Assembly: GCA_030650605.1 (NCBI GenBank)
Contig: JAUSDP010000070.1
Span: forward strand, 1 to 57,838
Length of the DNA stretch: 57,838 bases
From: a bacterium
GTDB taxonomy: Bacteria; Patescibacteriota; Minisyncoccia; Phycocordibacterales; Zambryskibacteraceae
Direction of reading: 5' to 3'
This document shows, piece after piece, positions 28,955 to 38,367 of this stretch; position 1 is the first letter of the stretch, and every line of letters begins with the position of its first letter. The translations under genes and the position numbers were made by a program. The notes beneath the pieces are model-generated. The model saw only the letters and a list, made by a program, of their open reading frames with translations. It had not been told where the DNA came from and did not search any database.

Positions 28955-29401
28955 TTATGAAACAACTACAGTGTCAATCACTTCTTTTACTAAATTCCCG
29001 TCGACCTTACCCTTAAGCTCTTTCATAATTATGCCCATAAATTTATTTTTTTCAGAAGCTTGTGGCAAAGGTTTTGATTTAACATACAGTACTATCTCAT
29101 CTCGAGACATTTGAACAGGGAGATATGTTTCCAGAATGGTGAGTTCTGATTTCTCAATATCAGCCAAATCATTTCGTCCGCCTTTTTCAAATTGTTCTAT
29201 AGAATCTTTTCTTTGTTTTACAGCTCTTCCGATGACAGCAACTACTTCTTCGTCCAAGAGTTCCTCGTCCGGTTTTCTTTTCTTGGAAATAGCTTCGTTG
29301 GTAAAAGAAGCGAGTAGACCACGAATCACATTGAGACGTAAAGTATCTTTCGCCTTCATGGCTAGGACCATCTGACTTTTGATATCTTGGTGTAGGGACA
29401 T
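28955..29401 (-). CDS. yqeY: GatB/YqeY domain protein
   Basis: AMKAKD, KQRKDSIEQFEKGGR, YLP; start at ATG 29401. Confidence 0.92.
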   Translation of the reverse strand: MSLHQDIKSQMVLAMKAKDTLRLNVIRGLLASFTNEAISKKRKPDEELLDEEVVAVIGRAVKQRKDSIEQFEKGGRNDLADIEKSELTILETYLPVQMSRDEIVLYVKSKPLPQASEKNKFMGIIMKELKGKVDGNLVKEVIDTVVVS

Positions 29402-29421
29402 ATATCTATTATAATACAATA

Positions 29422-30477
29422 ATGAGTAATATTGTTCTAATGGCAGTCATTCTCCTGGTGCTCACAAATGCTGTAGCGCTTTTTATTTTTGCTAGAAAAT
29501 TTGGCGAGAAAAAAGATGGTGGCGAAGGAGAGGGGATGAAGCTTCTCCTGACTCAACTACATGAATTCTCCCGCACCGTAGATCAGAAAATGTCAGAAAC
29601 AAATAAAATGATGAATGAATCGGTACGAAATCAATTTAGTGAGTCGGCTAAACTCATTCGCGAAGTGACTCAGGGACTTACTAAGCTTGATGAGACCAAT
29701 AAACAAGTGGTTTCCTTCGCCGACCAATTGCAATCTCTCCAAGATATTTTAAAGAATCCCAAACAACGCGGAGTACTGGGGGAATATTATTTAGAAACGC
29801 TCCTCAAAAACGTCCTACCCCCTGGTAGCTACCAGATGCAATACACTTTTAAAGATGGCACTATTGTCGATGCCGTAGTATTTGTCAAGGACAAAATCAT
29901 TCCCATCGACTCAAAGTTTTCTTTGGAAAATTATAATCGCATCGTCGAGGAGAAAAATCCAGTAGAAAAGGAGAAGCTCGAGAAACTATTCGTCTCTGAT
30001 CTTAAAAATCGTATCGCTGAGACCTCTAAATACATTCAACCGGGGCAGGGGACTATGGATTTCGCATTCATGTTCATCCCTCATGAAGCAATTTATTACG
30101 ACCTCATTGTCAATAAGATTGGCGCGCTCAAAGAAGATTCCGAAACCCTCATTCAACGTGCCGCTTCTAAATATCACGTTCTGATTGTTTCGCCAACTTC
30201 ATTTCTCGCTTATCTCCAAACAGTATTGCAAGGACTTAATGCACTCCATATAGAAGAGAAAGCTGTCGAGATTATCAAAAGAGTCGAAGAACTAGGTCGT
30301 CACCTCAAAAGTTATGAAGAATATTACGCCAAACTTGGGAATTCACTTTCCACCACCATCAATCACTACAATTCCGGCTATAAAGAGCTCGGTAAGGTAG
30401 ATAAGGACGTCCTACGCATCACTGGTACAGGAATAGGTCTCGAACCGTTGACTTTAGAGAAACCGTCTGTAGAATAA
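29422..30477 (+). CDS. rmuC: DNA recombination protein RmuC
   Basis: RGVLGE, IPIDSKF, MFIPHEA and SPTS motifs. Confidence 0.92.
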   Translation: MSNIVLMAVILLVLTNAVALFIFARKFGEKKDGGEGEGMKLLLTQLHEFSRTVDQKMSETNKMMNESVRNQFSESAKLIREVTQGLTKLDETNKQVVSFADQLQSLQDILKNPKQRGVLGEYYLETLLKNVLPPGSYQMQYTFKDGTIVDAVVFVKDKIIPIDSKFSLENYNRIVEEKNPVEKEKLEKLFVSDLKNRIAETSKYIQPGQGTMDFAFMFIPHEAIYYDLIVNKIGALKEDSETLIQRAASKYHVLIVSPTSFLAYLQTVLQGLNALHIEEKAVEIIKRVEELGRHLKSYEEYYAKLGNSLSTTINHYNSGYKELGKVDKDVLRITGTGIGLEPLTLEKPSVE

Positions 30478-30484
30478 GCAACCT

Positions 30485-30886
30485 ATGGTTGAGACTGAAA
30501 CAGTCAAGAAAGTATCTAAAAAAGCCCCTACGAAGCCCACTAAGGCTCTTTATGCTGTCTTTGCTACAGGAGGCAAACAATACCGCGTGGTAGTAGGGGA
30601 TAGGGTTAAAATTGAGAAACTCGGCCCTTCGACAAACTCAGGACAAGTGAAGTATAAAGAGGGAGACAAACTCACTTTCGATAAAGTGCTTCTAGTAGAC
30701 GACGGAGCAAGCGAAGCCACTATCGGCACACCATTCATCAAAGGCGCGGAAGTAAAAGCCACATTAAGCAAAATTGCTCGATACAAAACAATTGATGTTA
30801 TCAAATACAAACAAAAATCCCGCTACTTTAAGAAATATGGTCATCGCCAACCTTACTTTGAAATCAAAATAGATTCGATTAAATAG
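30485..30886 (+). CDS. rplU: 50S ribosomal protein L21
   Basis: YAVFATGGKQYRV, GHRQPY. Confidence 0.95.
   Translation: MVETETVKKVSKKAPTKPTKALYAVFATGGKQYRVVVGDRVKIEKLGPSTNSGQVKYKEGDKLTFDKVLLVDDGASEATIGTPFIKGAEVKATLSKIARYKTIDVIKYKQKSRYFKKYGHRQPYFEIKIDSIK
30625..30647 (+). repeat. Element family A, in-frame in rplU (PSTNSGQ)
   Basis: CCCTTCGACAAACTCAGGACAAG. Confidence 0.85.
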
Positions 30887-30887
30887 A

Positions 30888-30942
30888 AAAATCTCATGCA
30901 AAGGTCGTACGTTTGTGTACGGGACTCTTTGCATGAGATTTT
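30888..30942. terminator. Bidirectional terminator hairpin
   Basis: AAAATCTCATGCAAAG/CTTTGCATGAGATTTT 16-bp arms between convergent genes. Confidence 0.75.
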
Positions 30943-30950
30943 ATCGAGAC

Positions 30951-31289
30951 TCAGGGAATTAAGTGGCCACGTTGATTTTCTATATCGATTAGAATATCAA
31001 GCTGACGCGGAGACATGCGACGACGAGCAATCTCGCAAGAAACATGACCCAGCGAAACTGACAAACCTCGCGACACCTTTCCGAGGTATCTAACCCAACA
31101 TGCCATAGTTTCAGGGTCAAATACAAATGTTGCATCTTTTAGCGTTTCCAAGGCGATGTGGTCCCTTACCTCCCACTCCAATTCTTGCTTTCTTTGCTGC
31201 ACTTCGATGCTATCATGCTTCGAAATTAAATACACAACGCCGATAACCAGCCCGAACAACAGCATTGCCACCAATAAGATTTTCTTCAT
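30951..31289 (-). CDS. Orphan membrane-anchored protein
   Basis: Signal/TM segment; AAGGAG SD; TTGACT-17-TATAAT promoter (31367-31339). Confidence 0.7.
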   Translation of the reverse strand: MKKILLVAMLLFGLVIGVVYLISKHDSIEVQQRKQELEWEVRDHIALETLKDATFVFDPETMACWVRYLGKVSRGLSVSLGHVSCEIARRRMSPRQLDILIDIENQRGHLIP

Positions 31290-31370
31290 TTTCTCTCCTT
31301 CTAAAATGACAACGAAAGAGGAATCTCAATCTATTTACATTATACTACCATCTATATTAAAAGTCAATAG

Positions 31371-31973
31371 TTACTTAGTCCTGTGTAAAAAGGCGTTTTT
31401 GAGAGTTTCAGGGTCGGCATACTCAAGCTCGACACCAGTTGAGAGTCCTCGCCCAAGTGTGGAAAATATCAAGGGTAACCCTTGGTATTTTTGTTTGATA
31501 AATTCGGCAGTATTCTCACCATCAAGATTGGCGTTCATCGCCAAAATAATTTCTTTAATGTTTTTATCTTTACCAATTCGGACTTCCAATTCTTTAATTC
31601 TTATTCTTCTTTCTGGCTCTTTTTCAAGAATTGGCACAACACCACCTAAAATAAAATAATAGCCCTTGTAACTACCGCTTCTTTCTACGGCTTCAAAATC
31701 AATATCCCGAGGCACAATCATGAGCATCGAATTATCTCTTGAATCATCAATACATATAGAACAAATTTTAGACTCATGTCCATTTTTGGAGTAATACCTC
31801 ATACACTTAACACACTGAATAATTTCTTTTTTTATACTTTGAATTGCTTTCACTAGTTCACTAATGTAGTCACCGTTTCTGGAAAGAAGAAAATAAACAA
31901 AGCGCTTAGACTGTCTCGGTCCAATACCGGGAAAACGGGCAAATATTTCCGAAAGCTTATCGATAGAGTTCAT
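31371..31973 (-). CDS. recR: Recombination protein RecR
   Basis: PGIGPR HhH, C4 Zn finger, Toprim domain, ELEYAD. Confidence 0.93.
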   Translation of the reverse strand: MNSIDKLSEIFARFPGIGPRQSKRFVYFLLSRNGDYISELVKAIQSIKKEIIQCVKCMRYYSKNGHESKICSICIDDSRDNSMLMIVPRDIDFEAVERSGSYKGYYFILGGVVPILEKEPERRIRIKELEVRIGKDKNIKEIILAMNANLDGENTAEFIKQKYQGLPLIFSTLGRGLSTGVELEYADPETLKNAFLHRTK

Positions 31974-33391
31974 AGACTCTTAAATTCCTCTTCCGCCTTA
32001 CCGTAATTAGAATAATCTATTTCAACAAAAGTGTTGAAGCGAGTGTGATAGTCAAGGGTGGCGGTACCGAGAGGGCCATTTCTATGTTTGGCGATGATAA
32101 GTTCTTTCCTTTGGACTTCCTTCATCTTACCACTCTCATCACGAATATCATCTTCGTTTGAGTGTATAAACATAACTAAATCTGCATCCTGTTCGATGGA
32201 ACCTGAGTCTCGAAGGTCAGAGAGCTTTGGTTTGCCGCCACGAGTCTCGACCGCACGGTTGAGCTGGGAAAGGGCTATCACCGGAATATTGAGCTCACGA
32301 GCCAAGTGCTTGAGTGAGCGGGAAAGCTCTGTAACTTGTTGAACCATGGAATCGTTAGTACGCGCGGTTGAAGGTGCCATAAGCTGAAGGTAATCAACGA
32401 CTAAAAGTTTGAGTCCTTTCTCAATTTTAAGTTTACGCGCTGCTGAACGCATCTTCATGATGGTATTACCCGGCTGATCGTCAATGTAGATAGGGGTTCG
32501 CGAAAGTTCATCTAAAGCGTCTCTAATATTTTTGAACACATCATCACGCCAAGTACCAGTCTGGGTACGTATACCTTTTCTAATGACGGAAGAGTCGGTA
32601 CGTGATTGGGCCGCCACAATACGGTCTACGAGCTGATCAGAGCTCATTTCAAGTGAAAAGATACCAACAGGAGTCTGGTGTATGCTGGCGGTTCTTCTTG
32701 CAATATCAAGAGCTAGAGCAGTCTTACCAACGGAGGGACGAGCAGCAATAATGATTAGGTCAGAGTTCTGGAAACCACCCAAGATATCATCAAGAGATTT
32801 GAAACCGGTCGGTACGCCCCGTAGTTCATGTTCTGCCGAAGAGAGCTTCTCGAAACGTTCATATGCCTCGGCGAGGAGTGGGACCAAATCTCTGAAACGA
32901 GCGGAGCCTGCGAAGCGCTCGGTGATGTCGAAAACTTTTTTCTCCGCATGGTCAAGAATTTCTTCAAGTTCACCAGCTTCATTGAAACCGAGATGCGAGA
33001 GAAATTCGGAAGCTTCAATGAGTTGGCGCATCATGTACTTCTTCATCACAATTTCAGAATAATGTTTGGCATTAGCCGAAGAGGGGACAGCGGAAGAAAG
33101 TTCAGTTAAGTATGTAGTGCCTCCGATACGATCGAGTAAATCTTTCTCCTTGAGTCTTGAGGAAAGGGAAAGAATGTCTATCGGATTGTGTTTACTAAAT
33201 AGTTCCAGCATCGTCTCAAAAATTGTTTTGTGTTTCTCGAAATAGAAAGAGGCTGGCGTGACAATATCGAGTACATCATAAATAGCATCGGGACGAAGCA
33301 TGATGGAACCAAGTAGTGCCATCTCCGCCTCCATGTTGTGCGGCGGAATACGCAAACCGGTATTAACCTCTTGTTGAGAAATCATTTGCAT
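31970..33391 (-). CDS. dnaB: Replicative DNA helicase
   Basis: PPHN, AARPSVGKT, DYLQLM, LRDSGSIEQDAD; start at ATG 33391. Confidence 0.95.
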   Translation of the reverse strand: MQMISQQEVNTGLRIPPHNMEAEMALLGSIMLRPDAIYDVLDIVTPASFYFEKHKTIFETMLELFSKHNPIDILSLSSRLKEKDLLDRIGGTTYLTELSSAVPSSANAKHYSEIVMKKYMMRQLIEASEFLSHLGFNEAGELEEILDHAEKKVFDITERFAGSARFRDLVPLLAEAYERFEKLSSAEHELRGVPTGFKSLDDILGGFQNSDLIIIAARPSVGKTALALDIARRTASIHQTPVGIFSLEMSSDQLVDRIVAAQSRTDSSVIRKGIRTQTGTWRDDVFKNIRDALDELSRTPIYIDDQPGNTIMKMRSAARKLKIEKGLKLLVVDYLQLMAPSTARTNDSMVQQVTELSRSLKHLARELNIPVIALSQLNRAVETRGGKPKLSDLRDSGSIEQDADLVMFIHSNEDDIRDESGKMKEVQRKELIIAKHRNGPLGTATLDYHTRFNTFVEIDYSNYGKAEEEFKSL

Positions 33392-33408
33392 AGACCAATA
33401 GTAGCAAC

Positions 33409-33428
33409 CCCCGCCATGGCGGGGCAAG
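33409..33428 (+). repeat. Hairpin element family C (intergenic)
   Basis: CCCCGCCATGGCGGGGCAAG. Confidence 0.8.
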
Positions 33429-33477
33429 CTGTCAAAAGTTGAAAAGTTAGGGTGTAAAGTGTGGAGAACTAGTGGGC

Positions 33478-33506
33478 TTGACATAAATCTTATTTAGATA
33501 TATAAT
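33478..33506 (+). promoter_or_regulatory. Consensus sigma70 promoter
   Basis: TTGACA-17-TATAAT. Confidence 0.8.
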
Positions 33507-33545
33507 AGGGGATAGAAAATTGTGTTTAGAAAGGAAGGAATAGAC

Positions 33546-33761
33546 ATGCAAGTAAAAACTTTGTGGGCTTATACACCGGTCACCGGTAGCGACAGAAGTG
33601 CTTTAAAGAAACTCGACAGGCTGGTTGAGAAGATGGGTGATGTACTCATCAAATCAATCAAAGATACTAAGTACGACGCTGAAACCTACAACGGTATTAT
33701 AGAAGATGAGTCTGGAATCGCCCGAGTGGTAATCTTTGAGAAACGGAAGAAACGTAAATAA
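33546..33761 (+). CDS. Orphan 71-aa protein
   Basis: AAGGAAGGA SD, own promoter and terminator (33791-33840). Confidence 0.7.
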   Translation: MQVKTLWAYTPVTGSDRSALKKLDRLVEKMGDVLIKSIKDTKYDAETYNGIIEDESGIARVVIFEKRKKRK

Positions 33762-33854
33762 ATCGATTCTCAAGCTGACGAGAGTGACTGCAACCCTCGG
33801 TTTGTCCAATATTTGTTTGGACAGGCCGGGGGTTGTTTTTATAAACATTTATAC

Positions 33855-33892
33855 ATACGTTATAAACTCACGGTCGTGAAGTTATAACGTAT
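33855..33892. repeat. Palindrome family G
   Basis: ATACGTTATAA-ACTCACGGTCGTGAAG-TTATAACGTAT. Confidence 0.75.
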
Positions 33893-35289
33893 TAGGATTT
33901 AGAAATTTTCTGACCCGAAATGGTATCTTCAACTATAAAACCGAGATTCTTTATTTGTTCGCGAAGTTGGTCAGATTTGGAATAATTACCAATCACACGA
34001 GCAGATTCGCGATCTTTAAGTAATTGCTCAACTTCTTTTGGAATGTTCTTTACTTCAAATTCATTATTCTCAAGATTTAACCCGAGCACTTTATCAAAAT
34101 CCAATAGAGTTGTTCTTTTATCAGCAGGGGAGACACTTTCGTCTTTGACAAGTTTCCAGACTACGGCGAGTGCCTCTGGAGTATTGAGGTCGTTTTCTAT
34201 CGCTTCTTTAAACTCTTCCGCATAGCTATTATCAAGGTCCAACCTTGATATATTCTTCATATCAATCTGCCACGTTGACACGGCCTCCTTGAGCTTTCGA
34301 TACGCATTTTGGGCAGCTTCGAGCGCTTCCCAAGAAAAATTAACAGGCGTTCTGTAATGAGCCATGAGTAGAAAATATCGATAGGCAAGGGGAGAGAAAC
34401 CCTTTTCGATCAGAGTATTAAGAGTAATTTGATTGCCTAACGATTTAGCCATTTTACCCTCTGTTACTGTAATGAATTCATTATGCAACCAGAAGTTAGC
34501 TAACGGAGTATCATACGCTGCTTCTGATTGGGCAATTTCGTTGTTGTGATGAACGGGAATGTGATCCATGCCACCAGTATGAATATCGAACGGTTGAGCA
34601 AGAAGTTCTCGCGACATAGCCGAACACTCTATATGCCAACCCGGGAAACCCATACCCCACGGACTCTCAAAACCCAAATGACCGTCTTTTGATAATTTCC
34701 AAAGCACGAAATCGCGATCACTCTTTTTCCCATCTGTTTTTAGACGCGCAGATCCTTCGGACAGGGGAGTGAGACCTCCCAATTTACCGTAATCCGTTAG
34801 TTTGCCAGTATCAAAATATATTCCGTCCTGAATTTTGTATGTATAACCTTTTTCTTCAAGTTGACGGATTAGATCTATCTCCTGTTTCAAATAATCTGTA
34901 GCCCGAGGAAAATGAAGTGGCTTTCTAACATTGAGTGTATCTAGATCGTCCTTAAACACCTTCTCATATTTATCTGTAAGCTGTCTAAGACCATCGAGAG
35001 TTAATGGTAATCCATCACGTTTAAGACCCTTAACCATTTTATCATCACCTGTATCGGCATCAGAAGTAAGATGACCTATGTCTGTAATATTTATCACTTG
35101 TCTGACCTCAAAATCTAAATATTCAAATGTACGACGCAAAATATCGGCAAAAATATATGATCTAAGATTACCAATATGGGCGTAATCATAAACCGTCGGA
35201 CCACAGTGATACATCCCAACTTCACCAGATTTAATCGGTTTAAATTCTTCGAGTCTTCCTGTGAGGGTGTTATGGAGTTTTATGTTCAC
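33892..35289 (-). CDS. cysS: Cysteine-tRNA ligase
   Basis: CGPTVY, HIGN, PGWHIEC, KMAKS; start at GTG 35289. Confidence 0.95.
   Translation of the reverse strand: MNIKLHNTLTGRLEEFKPIKSGEVGMYHCGPTVYDYAHIGNLRSYIFADILRRTFEYLDFEVRQVINITDIGHLTSDADTGDDKMVKGLKRDGLPLTLDGLRQLTDKYEKVFKDDLDTLNVRKPLHFPRATDYLKQEIDLIRQLEEKGYTYKIQDGIYFDTGKLTDYGKLGGLTPLSEGSARLKTDGKKSDRDFVLWKLSKDGHLGFESPWGMGFPGWHIECSAMSRELLAQPFDIHTGGMDHIPVHHNNEIAQSEAAYDTPLANFWLHNEFITVTEGKMAKSLGNQITLNTLIEKGFSPLAYRYFLLMAHYRTPVNFSWEALEAAQNAYRKLKEAVSTWQIDMKNISRLDLDNSYAEEFKEAIENDLNTPEALAVVWKLVKDESVSPADKRTTLLDFDKVLGLNLENNEFEVKNIPKEVEQLLKDRESARVIGNYSKSDQLREQIKNLGFIVEDTISGQKISKS
34230..34250. repeat. Hairpin element family F, in-frame in cysS (ISRLDLD)
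   Basis: TATCAAGGT-CCA-ACCTTGATA, 21 nt. Confidence 0.7.
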
Positions 35290-35317
35290 ATATGTATTAT
35301 ATGATAGAATACTTAAA

Positions 35318-36538
35318 ATGGAATTTCTAAAGAAACATGTTGCCCTCTTGATAATCGGTGTGGTTATTGCTATCGGTTCTTTTAATCTCGGCTTCAACTC
35401 TGGTGAAAAAAGGTTGTCTACCGCAATAGTGGGGATAGACAACACAACAGAAGGTGAGCCGAGCAGTGTAGATTTCGCACCCTTTTGGAAAACATGGAAC
35501 CTTCTCAATGAAAAGTATGTGTCCGCCAGCACTACAGTTAAAACGGTTGGCGATCAGGAGAAAGTTTGGGGCGCTATCCAAGGTTTAACTAATTCACTTG
35601 GCGATCCGTATACAGTATTTTTTCCACCGGTAGAATCAGAACTTTTCGAATCTGATATTCGAGGTAATTTCGAGGGTGTGGGAATGGAAGTAGTTGCTAA
35701 AGATGGCGCTATTACTGTCATCGCACCACTCAAGAATTCTCCGGCTTCAAGAGCTGGTATCATGGCCGGTGATAGGATTATCAAAATTGACAACAAGGAA
35801 ACAGCCAGTCTTTCTACCGAGGATGCTGTTCAAATTATTCGCGGACCAAGAGGGACTCGAGTAACTCTAACTATTTTCAGAAATGGTGCCAAAGAACCCA
35901 TTGATATAGGAGTAATTCGCGATGTCATAGATATTCCAACTATCAATACAAAAGAATTATCAGGCGGAATATTCCTCATTGAACTCTATAGCTTCTCGGC
36001 TCAATCTCCAAATCTCTTCCGAGCGGCTCTTCGTGAATTTATTCTTTCTAACAGCGATAAATTAATCCTTGACCTACGAGGTAATCCAGGCGGCTATCTA
36101 GAAGCAGCCATAGATATGGCCAGTTGGTTTTTACCTTCGAGCAAAGTGGTAGTTAGAGAAGACTTTGGACCCTCAAAAGATGAGAGAGTCTATCGAAGCA
36201 AGGGTTATGACATATTCAATGAAGATTTAAAATTTGTGATATTGATAGACAGGGGTTCTGCGTCAGCCTCAGAAATATTGGCGGGGGCTCTCTCAGAACA
36301 TGGCAAGGCGATTTTAGTAGGGGACAAGACTTTCGGCAAGGGCTCTGTTCAGGAACTAGTAAACATTACTCCAGATACTTCTCTAAAAGTGACTATTGCA
36401 CGCTGGCTTACTCCAAACGGTACATCCATTTCTCAAAGTGGTATTGAACCAAAGTTTCTTGTCAAATATAGCGTGTCTGACATGGAAAATAAACGTGACC
36501 CGCAACTTGATAAAGCGAAGGAAATTCTCTCACAATAA
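35318..36538 (+). CDS. ctpA: S41 carboxyl-terminal processing protease
   Basis: PDZ domain, DLRGNPGG, SASASE, GKGSVQ; start at ATG 35318. Confidence 0.93.
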   Translation: MEFLKKHVALLIIGVVIAIGSFNLGFNSGEKRLSTAIVGIDNTTEGEPSSVDFAPFWKTWNLLNEKYVSASTTVKTVGDQEKVWGAIQGLTNSLGDPYTVFFPPVESELFESDIRGNFEGVGMEVVAKDGAITVIAPLKNSPASRAGIMAGDRIIKIDNKETASLSTEDAVQIIRGPRGTRVTLTIFRNGAKEPIDIGVIRDVIDIPTINTKELSGGIFLIELYSFSAQSPNLFRAALREFILSNSDKLILDLRGNPGGYLEAAIDMASWFLPSSKVVVREDFGPSKDERVYRSKGYDIFNEDLKFVILIDRGSASASEILAGALSEHGKAILVGDKTFGKGSVQELVNITPDTSLKVTIARWLTPNGTSISQSGIEPKFLVKYSVSDMENKRDPQLDKAKEILSQ

Positions 36539-36548
36539 ATAAAATGGT

Positions 36549-36845
36549 ATGAAAATTATTTTACTTAAAGATATAAAAGGAGTCGGTAAAAAATTTGAGG
36601 AGAAAAACGTTTCTGATGGCTACGCCAATAATTTTTTAATTGCAAAAAATCTCGCTGTTCCTGTTAGTCCAACTTATGTAAACATGATCAAACAAATGAA
36701 GGAGCAGACTGAAAAGCAGAGAGTAAAAGAGGAAAAAGAAATAAATGAAAAACTATCAAAGCGTCAGGAGAAGCATGAAGCGCTTGAGAAATTTAGGCAG
36801 TCCAGCCTCGCCGAAGTAGAGTCTAGGCGGGAACAACATGCATAA
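36549..36845 (+). CDS. rplI: 50S ribosomal protein L9, N-domain plus helix only
   Basis: [13 protein letters not shown]...[11 protein letters not shown]; no C-terminal domain. Confidence 0.85.
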   Translation: MKIILLKDIKGVGKKFEEKNVSDGYANNFLIAKNLAVPVSPTYVNMIKQMKEQTEKQRVKEEKEINEKLSKRQEKHEALEKFRQSSLAEVESRREQHA

Positions 36846-37101
36846 TTTTCTTTTTGACAATACTGTTATCAAAGTGAACCTTACGTTTATAACTGATAGA
36901 GACTAGACCGTCTCTAATGGCGAAGAGGGTATGGTCTTTACCCATCAAGACGTTCTTACCCGGAAGTACATCGGAACCACGCTGACGCACTAAAACAGAA
37001 CCGGCTTGAGCTTGGTCACCTGGAGTCACCTTGATACCTAGATATTTTGGGTTGGAATCGCGTCCATTTCTAGTTGTACCTGCTGATTTTTTATGTGCCA
37101 T
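36823..37101 (-). CDS. rpmA: 50S ribosomal protein L27
   Basis: [28 protein letters not shown]. Confidence 0.97.
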   Translation of the reverse strand: MAHKKSAGTTRNGRDSNPKYLGIKVTPGDQAQAGSVLVRQRGSDVLPGKNVLMGKDHTLFAIRDGLVSISYKRKVHFDNSIVKKKIMHVVPA

Positions 37102-37112
37102 AATTAAGTCAT

Positions 37113-37565
37113 ATGAGTCTACAGGATATATTGAACAGAATCAAGCCCCAACAGATTGAAACTGTCCAGCTTAATCTGAGTGGGGAAGTTGAGCATTTTC
37201 CGCTGTTTCAGAAACTTTTTCTCTCCATCACTATTATCCTAGTTGCCCTACTTTCTTTCGGGCTCGGCCGACTATCCATGACAGGGAACAGGGAACCTAT
37301 ACGAATTGAATATGACCCCACTCTAACAGGACAGCAAGCACTGGATATCAGCCAAAGTGCGTCTGTCATAAAAGCAACAAAAAAAATTGTTCCAGCAAGC
37401 AATAATAACATCGAGGTAGTAGTCTCTAAAAACGGCATCCGTTATCATTATCCATACTGCGCGGGCGCCAAACAAATCAAAGAGGAGAACAAAATCGTTT
37501 TTCCAACAGCGGCAGCTGCGGAGGCCGCAGGTTATACGTTGGCAGCTAACTGTAAGCCTCGATAA
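37113..37565 (+). CDS. Membrane protein with C-terminal Ada-like metal-binding domain
   Basis: TM; [12 protein letters not shown]...AEAAGY..AANC. Confidence 0.75.
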   Translation: MSLQDILNRIKPQQIETVQLNLSGEVEHFPLFQKLFLSITIILVALLSFGLGRLSMTGNREPIRIEYDPTLTGQQALDISQSASVIKATKKIVPASNNNIEVVVSKNGIRYHYPYCAGAKQIKEENKIVFPTAAAAEAAGYTLAANCKPR

Positions 37566-37571
37566 GTTTCA

Positions 37572-37612
37572 CCCTTCGATAAACTCAGGGTACCATGAGC
37601 AAGGTGGAATGG
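37572..37612 (+). repeat. Family A element plus degenerate inverted partner
   Basis: CCCTTCGATAAACTCAGGGTACCATGAGCAAGGTGGAATGG. Confidence 0.65.
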
Positions 37613-37730
37613 CACATTATATGACTATATTGAGCCATATATTAGATATTACACCACACAAATTAATTGACTTCAATATTGGAATATGCTAGTATATGAA
37701 TAAGTCAGCTAGGTGCTGGCTTTTCATTTA

Positions 37731-37778
37731 CCCCTCGATTCACCCCGCCTATTTCAGGCGGGGCAAGCTCGGGGCAAG
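37731..37778 (+). repeat. Family C element nested inside a family A-like element
   Basis: CCCCTCGATTCA[CCCCGCCTATTTCAGGCGGGG]CAAGCTCGGGGCAAG. Confidence 0.7.
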
Positions 37779-37830
37779 GGGGAGCTCCTTACCGTCATGG
37801 CAACCCTTAATTAAAAACTAATCTACTGCT

Positions 37831-38322
37831 ATTTTACAGCTTACAACCATTAGTCTTCTCTTAAGCTTCTCGTCTGGGGCCTTTGCTGTATTACCTGCGC
37901 TACCATCGCTTGTAATGCCTATGATTGATACAGGGGTAACGGTAGAACCGGTACCAAAAGAAATAAAAGCTGAAGACTATCAACCGATTACAGATTCGAA
38001 AAATGTCGAGAAATTCATTAATGACTATTTCGCCGACATTCCAGTCCTTGCTAGGATTGCAGCGTGTGAATCACGTTATCGCCAGTATAACTCTAATGGC
38101 GATGTCCTAAGGGGTGAGAAGAACCGCTACGACAGAGGAGTGATGCAGATTAACATCTTGTATCACGCTGACATTGCGAAAGATCTCGGTTTAGACATCA
38201 ATAATCTCGATGATAATGTTGCTTACGCGCGTTATCTTTATGAGAAGCAGGGTGCTAAACCATGGATGTCTTCCTCAATCTGTTGGGCTAAGTTCAACCA
38301 ATCTGAAATTGCTAGGGGATAA
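37831..38322 (+). CDS. Secreted SLT/lysozyme-fold transglycosylase-like protein; possible ATT start
   Basis: IAACES...GVMQIN...YARYLY...PW; in-frame signal-like segment upstream of ATG 37915. Confidence 0.75.
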   Translation: MLQLTTISLLLSFSSGAFAVLPALPSLVMPMIDTGVTVEPVPKEIKAEDYQPITDSKNVEKFINDYFADIPVLARIAACESRYRQYNSNGDVLRGEKNRYDRGVMQINILYHADIAKDLGLDINNLDDNVAYARYLYEKQGAKPWMSSSICWAKFNQSEIARG

Positions 38323-38328
38323 TTTCCC

Positions 38329-38367
38329 CAACAATCCCCGCCAGTAATGGCGGGGATTGTTGTTTTG
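38329..38367 (+). terminator. Intrinsic terminator
   Basis: CAACAATCCCCGCC/GGCGGGGATTGTTG followed by TTTT. Confidence 0.8.

Noticed and set aside
30896-31659. Plus-strand ORFs 30896-31093 and 31156-31659, and the other short overlapping ORFs in the track
   Set aside because: They are antisense or out-of-frame shadows of better-supported genes and have no motifs.
35290-35532. N-terminal extensions of cysS (and likewise dnaB, fba, rsmH, yqeY, mraY) in the ORF track
   Set aside because: They overlap neighbouring genes or promoters; family similarity and -10 spacing indicate downstream starts.
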